In this document: piece by piece, positions 9,332 through 16,493 of the stretch | Layout of the letters: the number at the start of each line of letters is the position of its first letter | Position numbering within the stretch: the stretch's first letter is position 1 | From: an uncultured bacterium | GTDB taxonomy: Bacteria; Planctomycetota; PUPC01; DSUN01 | Assembly: GCA_965603035.1 (NCBI GenBank) | Contig: CBFDBL010000001.1 | Coordinates: 1-35,705 of the forward strand | Direction of reading: 5' to 3' | Length of the DNA stretch: 35,705 nucleotides | Position numbers and translations under genes: made by a program | The notes under the pieces: model-generated | Told to the model about the DNA's origin: nothing | Seen by the model: the letters and a program-made list of their open reading frames with translations, nothing else | Databases searched by the model: none

Positions 9332-10123
9332 TTAGTAGTAGTAGCCCCGGTCGTAGTAGCGGTAGCCGTAGTGGGAGAGGACCAGGTCGCCGCGGTTGAG
9401 CACGAAGCCGAGGATCTTGGAGTTGTGGAGGAGCTCGGCGGCGCGCTGGATGGGGCGCTTGCGCACCTTGCCGGCCTGGATGACCATGACGACGCCGTCG
9501 GTCATGGGCCCGAGCACGATGGCGTCGGCCACGGTGAGCACCGGCGGGGTGTCGAAGATGATGAAGTCGAAGCGGCTCTTGAGCTCCTCGATGAGCTGGC
9601 GCATCCGCGGCGAGGCGAGCATCTCGGCCGGGCTCTTCGACGAGTGGCCGCCGGGCATGATGGTCAGCCGGGGCACCGAGTTGGTGATGAGCACGTCCTC
9701 GGGCAGGCACTCGCCGCCGAGCACGTCGCTGAGCCCGCGGCGCGGCGTCATGCCCAGCAGGCGGTGGATGCGGGGGCGACGCAGGTCGGCGTCCACGATG
9801 GCCACCCGCTTGTCGAAGTCCTGGCACATGGTCACCGCCAGGTTCATGGCCACGGTGCTCTTGCCCTCGCCCTTGCCTGCCGAGGTGACGGTGACGGTCC
9901 GCAGGGTGGTGCCGCCGGCGATGCTGGCGAGCATGGCCTTCAGCCGGCGGAAGCTCTCGGTGAGGTGGCTGTGCGGGTGGTGGTAGGCCACGATGTGCGG
10001 GTCGACCTGCCCGCCCTCGACGGGCCGGACGACGTAGGTCGAGCGCGGGCTCTCGGACAGGTCGGTCGAGGCGGCGTCCTCCGCCGCCTTGGCCTTCTCC
10101 AGGGCTCTCTGGATCTTCGACAT
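9332..10123 (-). CDS. BY-kinase: CpsD/CapB/EpsG-type protein-tyrosine autokinase (cytoplasmic ATPase subunit)
   Basis: This is the real part of track ORF 9332..10969, starting MSKIQRALEKAK at ATG 10123. Walker A is TSAGKGEGKST, Walker A' is VAIVDADLRRP and Walker B is FIIFDTPP. The C-terminal tyrosine cluster is SHYGYRYYDRGYYY. Confidence 0.9.
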   Translation of the reverse strand: MSKIQRALEKAKAAEDAASTDLSESPRSTYVVRPVEGGQVDPHIVAYHHPHSHLTESFRRLKAMLASIAGGTTLRTVTVTSAGKGEGKSTVAMNLAVTMCQDFDKRVAIVDADLRRPRIHRLLGMTPRRGLSDVLGGECLPEDVLITNSVPRLTIMPGGHSSKSPAEMLASPRMRQLIEELKSRFDFIIFDTPPVLTVADAIVLGPMTDGVVMVIQAGKVRKRPIQRAAELLHNSKILGFVLNRGDLVLSHYGYRYYDRGYYY

Positions 10124-10137
10124 GGCTGGGTCTCCGC

Positions 10138-11151
10138 CTATCGGGACGGGTGCACTCGGAAGACTTGGACGAGGCGCCTCCAGGCGTTGCCGGAGGCCTC
10201 GGGCGCGAGGGCGACGAGGCCGGCCAGGCCCATGACCAGCGCGACGGCGGCGGCGACGACGGCGACCCGCGCCCCCGAGCGCCGGCGCTCGGGCAGCGGC
10301 GCCGGCTGGCTGTCGCCGACCTCGGGGGCCTCGTCGGGGGGCCGGTCGGCGAGCTCGTTGAGGGCCTCGCGGACGAAGCGCTCGTTGAAGACCCGGCGCT
10401 CGTCCACGAAGCCGGCGAGCAGGGCGGCGTCGCACGCCACGTTGATCAGGCGCGGCAGGCCGCGCGCGTAGCCGTGGATGAGCCGGCAGGCGCCGGCGGT
10501 GAAGCGCACGCGCCCGCTCGAGCCGGCCACCCGCAGCCGGTGCTGGATGTAGCTGCGGGTCTCGCGCTCGTTGAGCGGGTAGAGGTGGAACCGCACGGTG
10601 ATGCGCTGGCGGAGCTGCTCGAGCTCGGGCCGCCGCAGCAGGTCGCGCAGCTCGGGCTGGCCCACGAGCACGATCTGGAGCAGCTTGGCCTTCTCGGTCT
10701 CGAAGTTCGAGAGCATCCGCATCTCTTCGAGCACGTCGAGGGTCAGGTTCTGGGCCTCGTCGATGATCACCACCACGCTGTTGCGCCGCCGCGCCTGCTC
10801 GACCAGGTACTCGCGGAAGCGGCTCAGCAGCGTCTCCTTGGTGAGCCTGGCGTCGATGGGCACTACATCGAGGTCCTCGCACACCATGCGCAGGAGCTGC
10901 AGGAACGTGCCCTTGGAGTGCAGGACGTAGGCGACCTTGACCTCGCGGCTGAGGTTGCGCAGGAGGCACTTGATGAGCGTGGTCTTCCCCGAGCCGATCT
11001 CGCCGGTGATCTGGATGAACCCCATGCCCGACTCCAGGCCGTAGACCAGGTAGTCGAGCGCGCGCTTGTGGACCGAGCTCAGGAAGAAGTAGTCGGGGTC
11101 CGGAGTCAGGTTGAAGGGTTTCTCGGTGAACCCGTAGAATTTCTCGTACAT
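10138..11151 (-). CDS. ExeA/GspA-like AAA ATPase with a C-terminal TM anchor (the secretion-ATPase type seen in exosortase/PEP-CTERM-style EPS loci)
   Basis: 337 aa. It begins MYEKFYGFTEKPFNLTPDPDYFF. Walker A is GEIGSGKTT and Walker B is VVIIDEAQNL, followed by LVGQPEL. The C-terminal hydrophobic segment is VAVVAAAVALVMGLAGLVALA. Confidence 0.85.
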   Translation of the reverse strand: MYEKFYGFTEKPFNLTPDPDYFFLSSVHKRALDYLVYGLESGMGFIQITGEIGSGKTTLIKCLLRNLSREVKVAYVLHSKGTFLQLLRMVCEDLDVVPIDARLTKETLLSRFREYLVEQARRRNSVVVIIDEAQNLTLDVLEEMRMLSNFETEKAKLLQIVLVGQPELRDLLRRPELEQLRQRITVRFHLYPLNERETRSYIQHRLRVAGSSGRVRFTAGACRLIHGYARGLPRLINVACDAALLAGFVDERRVFNERFVREALNELADRPPDEAPEVGDSQPAPLPERRRSGARVAVVAAAVALVMGLAGLVALAPEASGNAWRRLVQVFRVHPSR

Positions 11152-11212
11152 CGGGCCTTCCTGGCCTGTGTGCGGGGGGTCGCCCCAGCGGGGCGGCGCG
11201 GCCGCTGCGGTC

Positions 11213-12808
11213 CTAGAAGGACTGCATCATCTCCTGGAACGCGGGCCAGACCTGCTCGTTGATCATCTCGGGGACGGCAGGCACGGCGAGGTAGAGGGTG
11301 GCGGCCACGCCGACCACGAACACGGCCGAGCTGACGGCGAGCACGCGGAACCACAGCCGTCGCCTGTGGTCGCGCGGGGTGTAGATGGCCGGGATGACGC
11401 CGAGTGCAGGGATGCCGAGCAGCTCGCGCGCGTCGTCGATCGTCTTGAAGGTCTGGTCGAGGTACTCGACGAGGATGATGAGGCCCACGCCGGTGAGCAT
11501 GCCGATCATCACGCCGAGCGCCACGATCTTCAGCTTGGTGCTCTTGACCGGCGTGCGGTCGTCGCGGGCGTACTCGAGGACCTTGAACTTCGTGCTGTAG
11601 GCCTCGGTCATGAGGCGCTGGAGGTCCTTCTCGGCGGCGCGGTGGTGCTTGCCGAGGTCGGAGGCCACCTCCTGCGCGGCGGCGCGCATGTCGTTGAGGC
11701 GCTTGCGCTCGGTGATGAGCTCGGGCGCCTTGCGGTTGAGCAGGTAGAGCTCGCTGACTTTCTTGTTGGCATCGAGCTTGCGGCGGTTGAGCTTCTCGAG
11801 CATCTTGCCCAGCTTGGCGATCTTCACCTGGAGCTCGGCGTACTTGGGGTTGTCAACCGTCTGCTCCTCGGTCTGGTCGCCCTGGTCCACCTCCTTGAGG
11901 CGCGCGGCGGCCTCCTCGAACCGACGCTTGGCGTCCCGCCACTTGCGGTGGGTGGGGCGGTACGTCTCATCGACCTCGCGGAAGTACGCCTGCATGGACT
12001 CGAAGTTCTTGCGCGCCTGCTTGACCTCTTCGGGGGCCTCGATCTCGCGGACGATGGTGACCTCGGGCTCTTCCTTGGCGAGGGCCTTCCGCAGGTCGTC
12101 GAGCACGGTGTCGTACTCCGCGATCTCCTGCTGGACCTGCTCCTCCTCCTCCTCGGCGTCCTTGAGATCGCGGTGGAGCTCGCTGATCTCGTCGTGGAGC
12201 CAGGGGTTGTTCTGGGCGAAGTCGCGGAGCTGGCTGTCGACCTCGGTGAGCGCGGCGCGGGCGACGTCGAGCTTCTCACGATAGTACTCGACGTCGCGCT
12301 TGGCCTCCTCCTGGGCGGTCCGCCGGTCCTCGCCGACGTACTTCTTGACGAGCTCGTTGACCAGGGCGGCGTTGCGCTCGGGCACCCGGCTCATGTAGCT
12401 GATCTGGAGGTGGCGGTTGCCCAGGGGCCGCACGCTGGTGCGCCGCGTGATCTCGTTGTAGACCTGCTCGATCTGGCGGTGGTTGTCGGGGTCGATGTCC
12501 CGGCCGAAGTCCACCTTCCGGCTCAGGACGATGTCGCGGATCGCGCTCCAGCCGAACATGCGCTGGCGCACCGTCGAGAGCTCGTTGAAGACGCTCCCCT
12601 GCCGAACGCCGACCTCGATCTTCGGCCCCATCAGCTGCATCTCGAGCACTGCCTTCGACCGGTACTCGGTCGGGTAGATGGTGGCGAGCCACACGCAGAA
12701 GGGCACGCAGATGACCAGAGGGACGATCAGCATCCACTTGCGCCGCCAGAACATGCGCAGGTACTTGTAGAAGTCGAACTGCTGGGGCCGGTCTTGGACG
12801 GCAGCCAT
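11213..12808 (-). CDS. Wzz/GumC-type polysaccharide co-polymerase (chain-length determinant, PCP-2 without a kinase domain)
   Basis: 531 aa. The N-terminal TM helix is WMLIVPLVICVPFCVWLATIY. A long Glu/Lys/Arg-rich coiled-coil periplasmic region follows. The second TM helix is KIVALGVMIGMLTGVGLIILVEYLD. This is the classic PCP topology, and the gene sits next to the export and kinase genes. Confidence 0.85.
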   Translation of the reverse strand: MAAVQDRPQQFDFYKYLRMFWRRKWMLIVPLVICVPFCVWLATIYPTEYRSKAVLEMQLMGPKIEVGVRQGSVFNELSTVRQRMFGWSAIRDIVLSRKVDFGRDIDPDNHRQIEQVYNEITRRTSVRPLGNRHLQISYMSRVPERNAALVNELVKKYVGEDRRTAQEEAKRDVEYYREKLDVARAALTEVDSQLRDFAQNNPWLHDEISELHRDLKDAEEEEEQVQQEIAEYDTVLDDLRKALAKEEPEVTIVREIEAPEEVKQARKNFESMQAYFREVDETYRPTHRKWRDAKRRFEEAAARLKEVDQGDQTEEQTVDNPKYAELQVKIAKLGKMLEKLNRRKLDANKKVSELYLLNRKAPELITERKRLNDMRAAAQEVASDLGKHHRAAEKDLQRLMTEAYSTKFKVLEYARDDRTPVKSTKLKIVALGVMIGMLTGVGLIILVEYLDQTFKTIDDARELLGIPALGVIPAIYTPRDHRRRLWFRVLAVSSAVFVVGVAATLYLAVPAVPEMINEQVWPAFQEMMQSF

Positions 12809-12888
12809 CGTCTACACACCCCCAATCACACCCACGTGAGGGCGGGCCGCGGCCCCATCGGCCGCGGCCCGCGCCGCGCGATGGTCGG

Positions 12889-13662
12889 TCAGTCGTCGTC
12901 GCGGTCGTCATACTCCTGCTGACCGCGCGCGAGCTCGTACGGGGAGCGGCCGATTTCGCCCAAGCCCTGCACGAGCGCGCGGAACGGCGCGCCGACCAGC
13001 TCGGCGGCGAAGGCGATCTCGGCTCCGATGTGTGCCGGCAGGTACAGCATGTCGTTCTCGCGGACCAGCACGTTCGTCGTCATGTCGCCCCGCACCAGCC
13101 GGTCGCCGCGGATGCGGTAGATCTCCGGCTTCTCGGGGTTGTCGCGGATCAGGCGGATCTTGGCCGACCGCGCGTTGCGGCTCCAGCCGCCGGTCTGGCC
13201 CAGGACGTCGAGCACCGACATGTCGCCCGAATAGTCCAGGGCACGGCCGTTCGATTGGGAGTTACGGTCGAAGACATAGATCTGCTTGCTGCGGATCGAG
13301 GAAACTGTGACGTAGACCTCGACCTTCTTGACGAAGCGCTCGAGCTGCTTGGCGAGCACCTCGGCGAGCTGCATGGGCGTGAGCCCCTCGACGTACACGT
13401 CGCCGAGCAACATGAACGTGATGTTGCCGTCCGGCCGCAGCTCATAGCTGCCGCTCAGGTCGGGGTGGTCGGGCACGTTGACGTGCAGCGTGTCCGGGAT
13501 CCCGATCTTGTAGGTGCCGTTGAACTGCTCGTAGCGCTTCTCGAGCGCGCGCAGCTTATGCCGCGACATGGCCTGGTCGATGTCCGTCCACTCCGGGCTA
13601 TAGCACCCCGCGACGACCACGGCGAGCAGCCCGACCACACACGCACACACTTGACGACGCAT
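12889..13662 (-). CDS. Wza-like outer-membrane polysaccharide export lipoprotein (Poly_export plus SLBB)
   Basis: Track ORF 12889..13740. I prefer the start at ATG 13662, which gives MRRQVCACVVGLLAVVVAGC (signal peptide plus lipobox Cys). The Poly_export signature is YKIGIPDTLHVNVPDHPDLSGSYELRPDGNITFMLLGDVYVEGLTPMQL. Confidence 0.85.
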   Translation of the reverse strand: MRRQVCACVVGLLAVVVAGCYSPEWTDIDQAMSRHKLRALEKRYEQFNGTYKIGIPDTLHVNVPDHPDLSGSYELRPDGNITFMLLGDVYVEGLTPMQLAEVLAKQLERFVKKVEVYVTVSSIRSKQIYVFDRNSQSNGRALDYSGDMSVLDVLGQTGGWSRNARSAKIRLIRDNPEKPEIYRIRGDRLVRGDMTTNVLVRENDMLYLPAHIGAEIAFAAELVGAPFRALVQGLGEIGRSPYELARGQQEYDDRDDD

Positions 13663-13750
13663 TCGCCTTCCCCCTTTCCAATGGGACCTGCGGGTTCGCC
13701 CTCTACGGGTTAGTCGGCGACCAAGAAGGAATTGCTGCAAGAGGTTCCCC

Positions 13751-13951
13751 TCACCAGCGACGCAGCTGATCGTGGAACGCCTGGAGCTGTGTCAGATCCT
13801 CCTCTTCATAGACTCGCCAACCGCGCCAGTCGCGCTTTGGCTTTGGAGTCTTCCCCGCCTTCTCCCAACGAAGGAGGGTCTTCGGCGAAACCCCCACTAG
13901 CCGGGCCGCCTCGGTGATCGTCAGGCGGACGCCGGTTCGCTCGCTGCTCAT
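13751..13951 (-). CDS. Small MerR/excisionase-type helix-turn-helix protein (66 aa)
   Basis: This is the real part of track ORF 13751..14125, starting at ATG 13951 after GGAGG. The peptide is MSSERTGVRLTITEAARLVGVSPKTLLRWEKAGK...WRVYEEEDL, an HTH followed by the R-V-Y/F-E-x-x-D pattern. It is a paralogue of the gene at 30721..30951. Confidence 0.75.
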   Translation of the reverse strand: MSSERTGVRLTITEAARLVGVSPKTLLRWEKAGKTPKPKRDWRGWRVYEEEDLTQLQAFHDQLRRW

Positions 13952-13980
13952 CGCCCACACACCTCCAGGCCGAGACCGAG

Positions 13981-14020
13981 CCTGTCCAGGTCCGTCCTGG
14001 TTTGTCCCGGATTGTCCAGG
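13981..14020. repeat. Four tandem, helically phased 10-bp direct repeats (nnTGTCCnGG); candidate operator or arm-type binding array
   Basis: The repeats cctgtccagg / tccgtcctgg / tttgtcccgg / attgtccagg are read directly at 13981-14020, 30 bp upstream of the HTH gene start. A fifth copy, atttgtcccc, lies at 14062-14071, about five helical turns further on. Confidence 0.6.
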
Positions 14021-14376
14021 ACACCAGACGCCAAGAGAAAGATTGCCCTGCTGCCTGGCCGATTTGTCCCCTTCACACCTCTCACGCCTCCATAGAGCAA
14101 ACCGTGTGCCACCCCGGGGGAGCACTGGGCGATCCCGCCGGCCGCGCCGACCTTAAGCCACTGCCTGCCATGCGATTACGATTTCCTCAGCACCCGCCGC
14201 TCCGGCCGCGCCACCACCCGCGCGGCGGGAAGAACTTTCAGCTATTGCCGACATTCCCGGCGCACTTTGCGCCCCGCGCGACGCCGCAAATCGTGTCCCC
14301 GCAACACCCTGGGCCTTGTTGGGAAAAGGCGACACCGCCGCCCGGCCCACTGTCTACGCCGGGATCAGCGCGCGGA

Positions 14377-14402
14377 GGCGGGCGGGGCCTGCCCCGCCCG
14401 CC
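14377..14402 (-). terminator. GC-rich hairpin downstream of flgE (putative intrinsic terminator)
   Basis: GGCGGGCGGGGC-ct-GCCCCGCCCGCC is a perfect 12-nt inverted repeat located 22 nt after the flgE stop (14424). There is no clear U-tract, so termination efficiency is unknown. Confidence 0.5.
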
Positions 14403-14423
14403 TCACCCCACGGCTCAGGGCGC

Positions 14424-16046
14424 TCAGCGCACGAGGTTGGCGAGCTCCTCGAGCACCTCGTCGGTCGTGCCGATGGTCCGCGCGTTGACCTGGAAGCCGC
14501 GCTGGGCGATGATCAGGCGTGTGAACTCGTAGGCCACGTCCACGTTCGAGCCCTCCAGGGCGCCGGACCGGATGGTGCCTGCGCCGCTGCTCCCGCCCTG
14601 CCCGGGCGAGGGCAGGCCGCTGTTGGGGGTCCGCGCCAGGAAGCAGTCGCCGACCTGGAGCAGGCCCGCGGGGTTGGGGAACGTGGCCACCTGGAGGGTG
14701 GCGATGTCGCTGACCAGGCCGTTGGTGAACGTGCCCTGGATGACGCCGTCCTGGCGCACGGAGATCGCGCTCAGGTTGCCCGCCTCGTAGCCGTCCTGGC
14801 CCGACGGCACGGCCGAGAAGCTGCCGCCGAACTGCGTGAGGCCGTCGAAGCCGCTGGCACTGCCGAAGTCGATGGCGATGTTCTGTAGCCCCAGCCCTGC
14901 GACGTCGATGGTGACGCCCGCGTCGCCCTCGCCCACGCCCGTGATCTGCGCGAACGAGCCGTCCTCGTTGAAGCGGATCCCCTCGACCTTGCTGTCCACC
15001 ATGGTCACGGACTCGTCGGTGACGGTGCACGTGAGGTCCCACGTGTTGGTGCCCTTTTTCTCGAACATGAGGCCGAGGATGTGGATCATGCCCTGGCTGT
15101 CGAAGATGGTGATCGAGCTCTGCCACTGGCTGCCGTCGACGCCCGTTGTGCTCTCCGAGAACAGGTGGCCGTCCCACTGGGCCTGCCCGGTGGAGGCGGC
15201 GCCGTCGGCGATGGTCACGGCCAGCGAGGCCGGGCCCTCGACCTGGGCGGTGAGCAGGAGGTCGCCGTTGGCGTCGAGGGTGCAGTCGGCGGCGGGGTAG
15301 AGCGAATCGATGCAGGCGGCCAGCTCGCCGAGGGTGGTGCCGTCGTTGGCGGCCCCGTAGGTGAACGCGCCGGCCACGCTGCTGCCATCGCAGGCGATGC
15401 CCTGGATCTCGATCGTGTCGCCGTCCACGTAGGCCGCGAGGTTGGAGTCCAGCGCGTTGAGCTGGCTCGCCGCGGTGGCGGCGCCGCCGCCTTCGGTGAA
15501 GGGGTCGTCGGTCGTGAGCTGCTCGGTCCGGGGCGGCGAGGCCCCCGCGTCGAGGTTGCCCGTCACGTCCACCGTCTGGGTCGCGTGGCCGGGCAGGCGG
15601 GTGTTCGACGGGATCTGGATGTCCTGGCCGTAGCGGTCCACGACGCGGTAGCCGGTGGACGAGTGGACGAGCTTGCCCTCGGTGTCGATGGCGAAGGTGC
15701 CCACGCGGGTGTAGAGGTCCTGGGTGCCGTCGGTGACGACGAAGAAGCCCTCGCCGCCGATGGCGAGGTCGAGGTTGCGGCCGGTCATCTCCAGCGAGCC
15801 CTGGCTGTCGTCGACGTCGATGCTCGCCGTCTTCACCCCGAGGCCGCGCTGGACGGGGTTCGTGCCGCCGCGCGTGCCCGAGGCGCCCATCGCCGGCCGA
15901 AGCGTCTCGCTCAGCACGTCGCTGAAGAGCACCCGCGAGGACTTGAACGACGGGGTGTTCACGTTCGCCAGGTTGTTGCCCACGACCTCCAACAGCAGTT
16001 GGTGCGTCCGCAAGCCCGCCACGCCCGTGGTCAGTGAGGCTAGCAT
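14424..16046 (-). CDS. flgE: Flagellar hook protein FlgE
   Basis: 540 aa. The N-terminal rod/hook signature is GLRTHQLLLEVVGNNLANVNTPSFK. The C-terminal signature is LEGSNVDVAYEFTRLIIAQRGFQVNARTI. AGGAGG lies 8 nt before the ATG. Confidence 0.95.
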   Translation of the reverse strand: MLASLTTGVAGLRTHQLLLEVVGNNLANVNTPSFKSSRVLFSDVLSETLRPAMGASGTRGGTNPVQRGLGVKTASIDVDDSQGSLEMTGRNLDLAIGGEGFFVVTDGTQDLYTRVGTFAIDTEGKLVHSSTGYRVVDRYGQDIQIPSNTRLPGHATQTVDVTGNLDAGASPPRTEQLTTDDPFTEGGGAATAASQLNALDSNLAAYVDGDTIEIQGIACDGSSVAGAFTYGAANDGTTLGELAACIDSLYPAADCTLDANGDLLLTAQVEGPASLAVTIADGAASTGQAQWDGHLFSESTTGVDGSQWQSSITIFDSQGMIHILGLMFEKKGTNTWDLTCTVTDESVTMVDSKVEGIRFNEDGSFAQITGVGEGDAGVTIDVAGLGLQNIAIDFGSASGFDGLTQFGGSFSAVPSGQDGYEAGNLSAISVRQDGVIQGTFTNGLVSDIATLQVATFPNPAGLLQVGDCFLARTPNSGLPSPGQGGSSGAGTIRSGALEGSNVDVAYEFTRLIIAQRGFQVNARTIGTTDEVLEELANLVR

Positions 16047-16060
16047 CCGTGCATCCTCCT

Positions 16061-16480
16061 TTACTGGGTCGCCTGGGGGCTCCCGGCGCCGTCCTGGGGC
16101 GCCGGCGACGTGATCTCGGTCACCGAAGCCAGCGGCACCAGCTCGTCGCCGATGACGAGCTTCACCTCCCCCTCGTCGAGCCGCACGGCCGTCACCTCGC
16201 CCGTGGACGCCACGTCGCCTCCCTCGGGCATGTAGGTCACCGTCGAGCCGATGAGCTGGCTCGCGTAGCCGAACTCCTGGAGCCGCATGGTCTGCTCGAA
16301 CAGCGATGTCAGGCTCGTGATCTGCTCGAGCTGCCCCATCTGGGCCAACTGCGAGGTGAACTCGTAGTTGTCCATCGGCTCCATCGGATCCTGGTTCTGA
16401 AGCTGCGTCATGAACAGCTTCATGAACACGTCCTGCGTGAAGTCGGCGAAGGCTCCGCCCGTCAGCGCCAATGCGTTCAT
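16061..16480 (-). CDS. flgD: Flagellar hook assembly/capping protein FlgD
   Basis: 139 aa. The conserved FlgD N-terminal motif is FMKLFMTQLQNQDPMEPMDNYEFTSQLAQMGQLEQ. The gene lies between fliK and flgE. Confidence 0.9.
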   Translation of the reverse strand: MNALALTGGAFADFTQDVFMKLFMTQLQNQDPMEPMDNYEFTSQLAQMGQLEQITSLTSLFEQTMRLQEFGYASQLIGSTVTYMPEGGDVASTGEVTAVRLDEGEVKLVIGDELVPLASVTEITSPAPQDGAGSPQATQ

Positions 16481-16493
16481 TCGTCGATCCTCG

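Noticed and set aside
3229-10969. N-terminal extensions of track ORFs (3229..5139, 4341..5456, 7569..9827, 9332..10969, and likewise 21034.., 21966.., 22409.., 23284..)
   Set aside because: The extensions read through the upstream gene in another frame and are Arg/Pro-rich. Internal ATG or GTG starts with SD sequences give compact non-overlapping genes and canonical N-termini.
14246-14253. Sigma-28-like -10 elements GCCGACAT (14246-14253) and GCCGATTT (14058-14065) on the plus strand
   Set aside because: The matching -35 positions read GGAA and AAGA rather than TAAA, so these are only half-sites. They would fire antisense into flgE. They are much weaker than the elements at 18307 and 31283.
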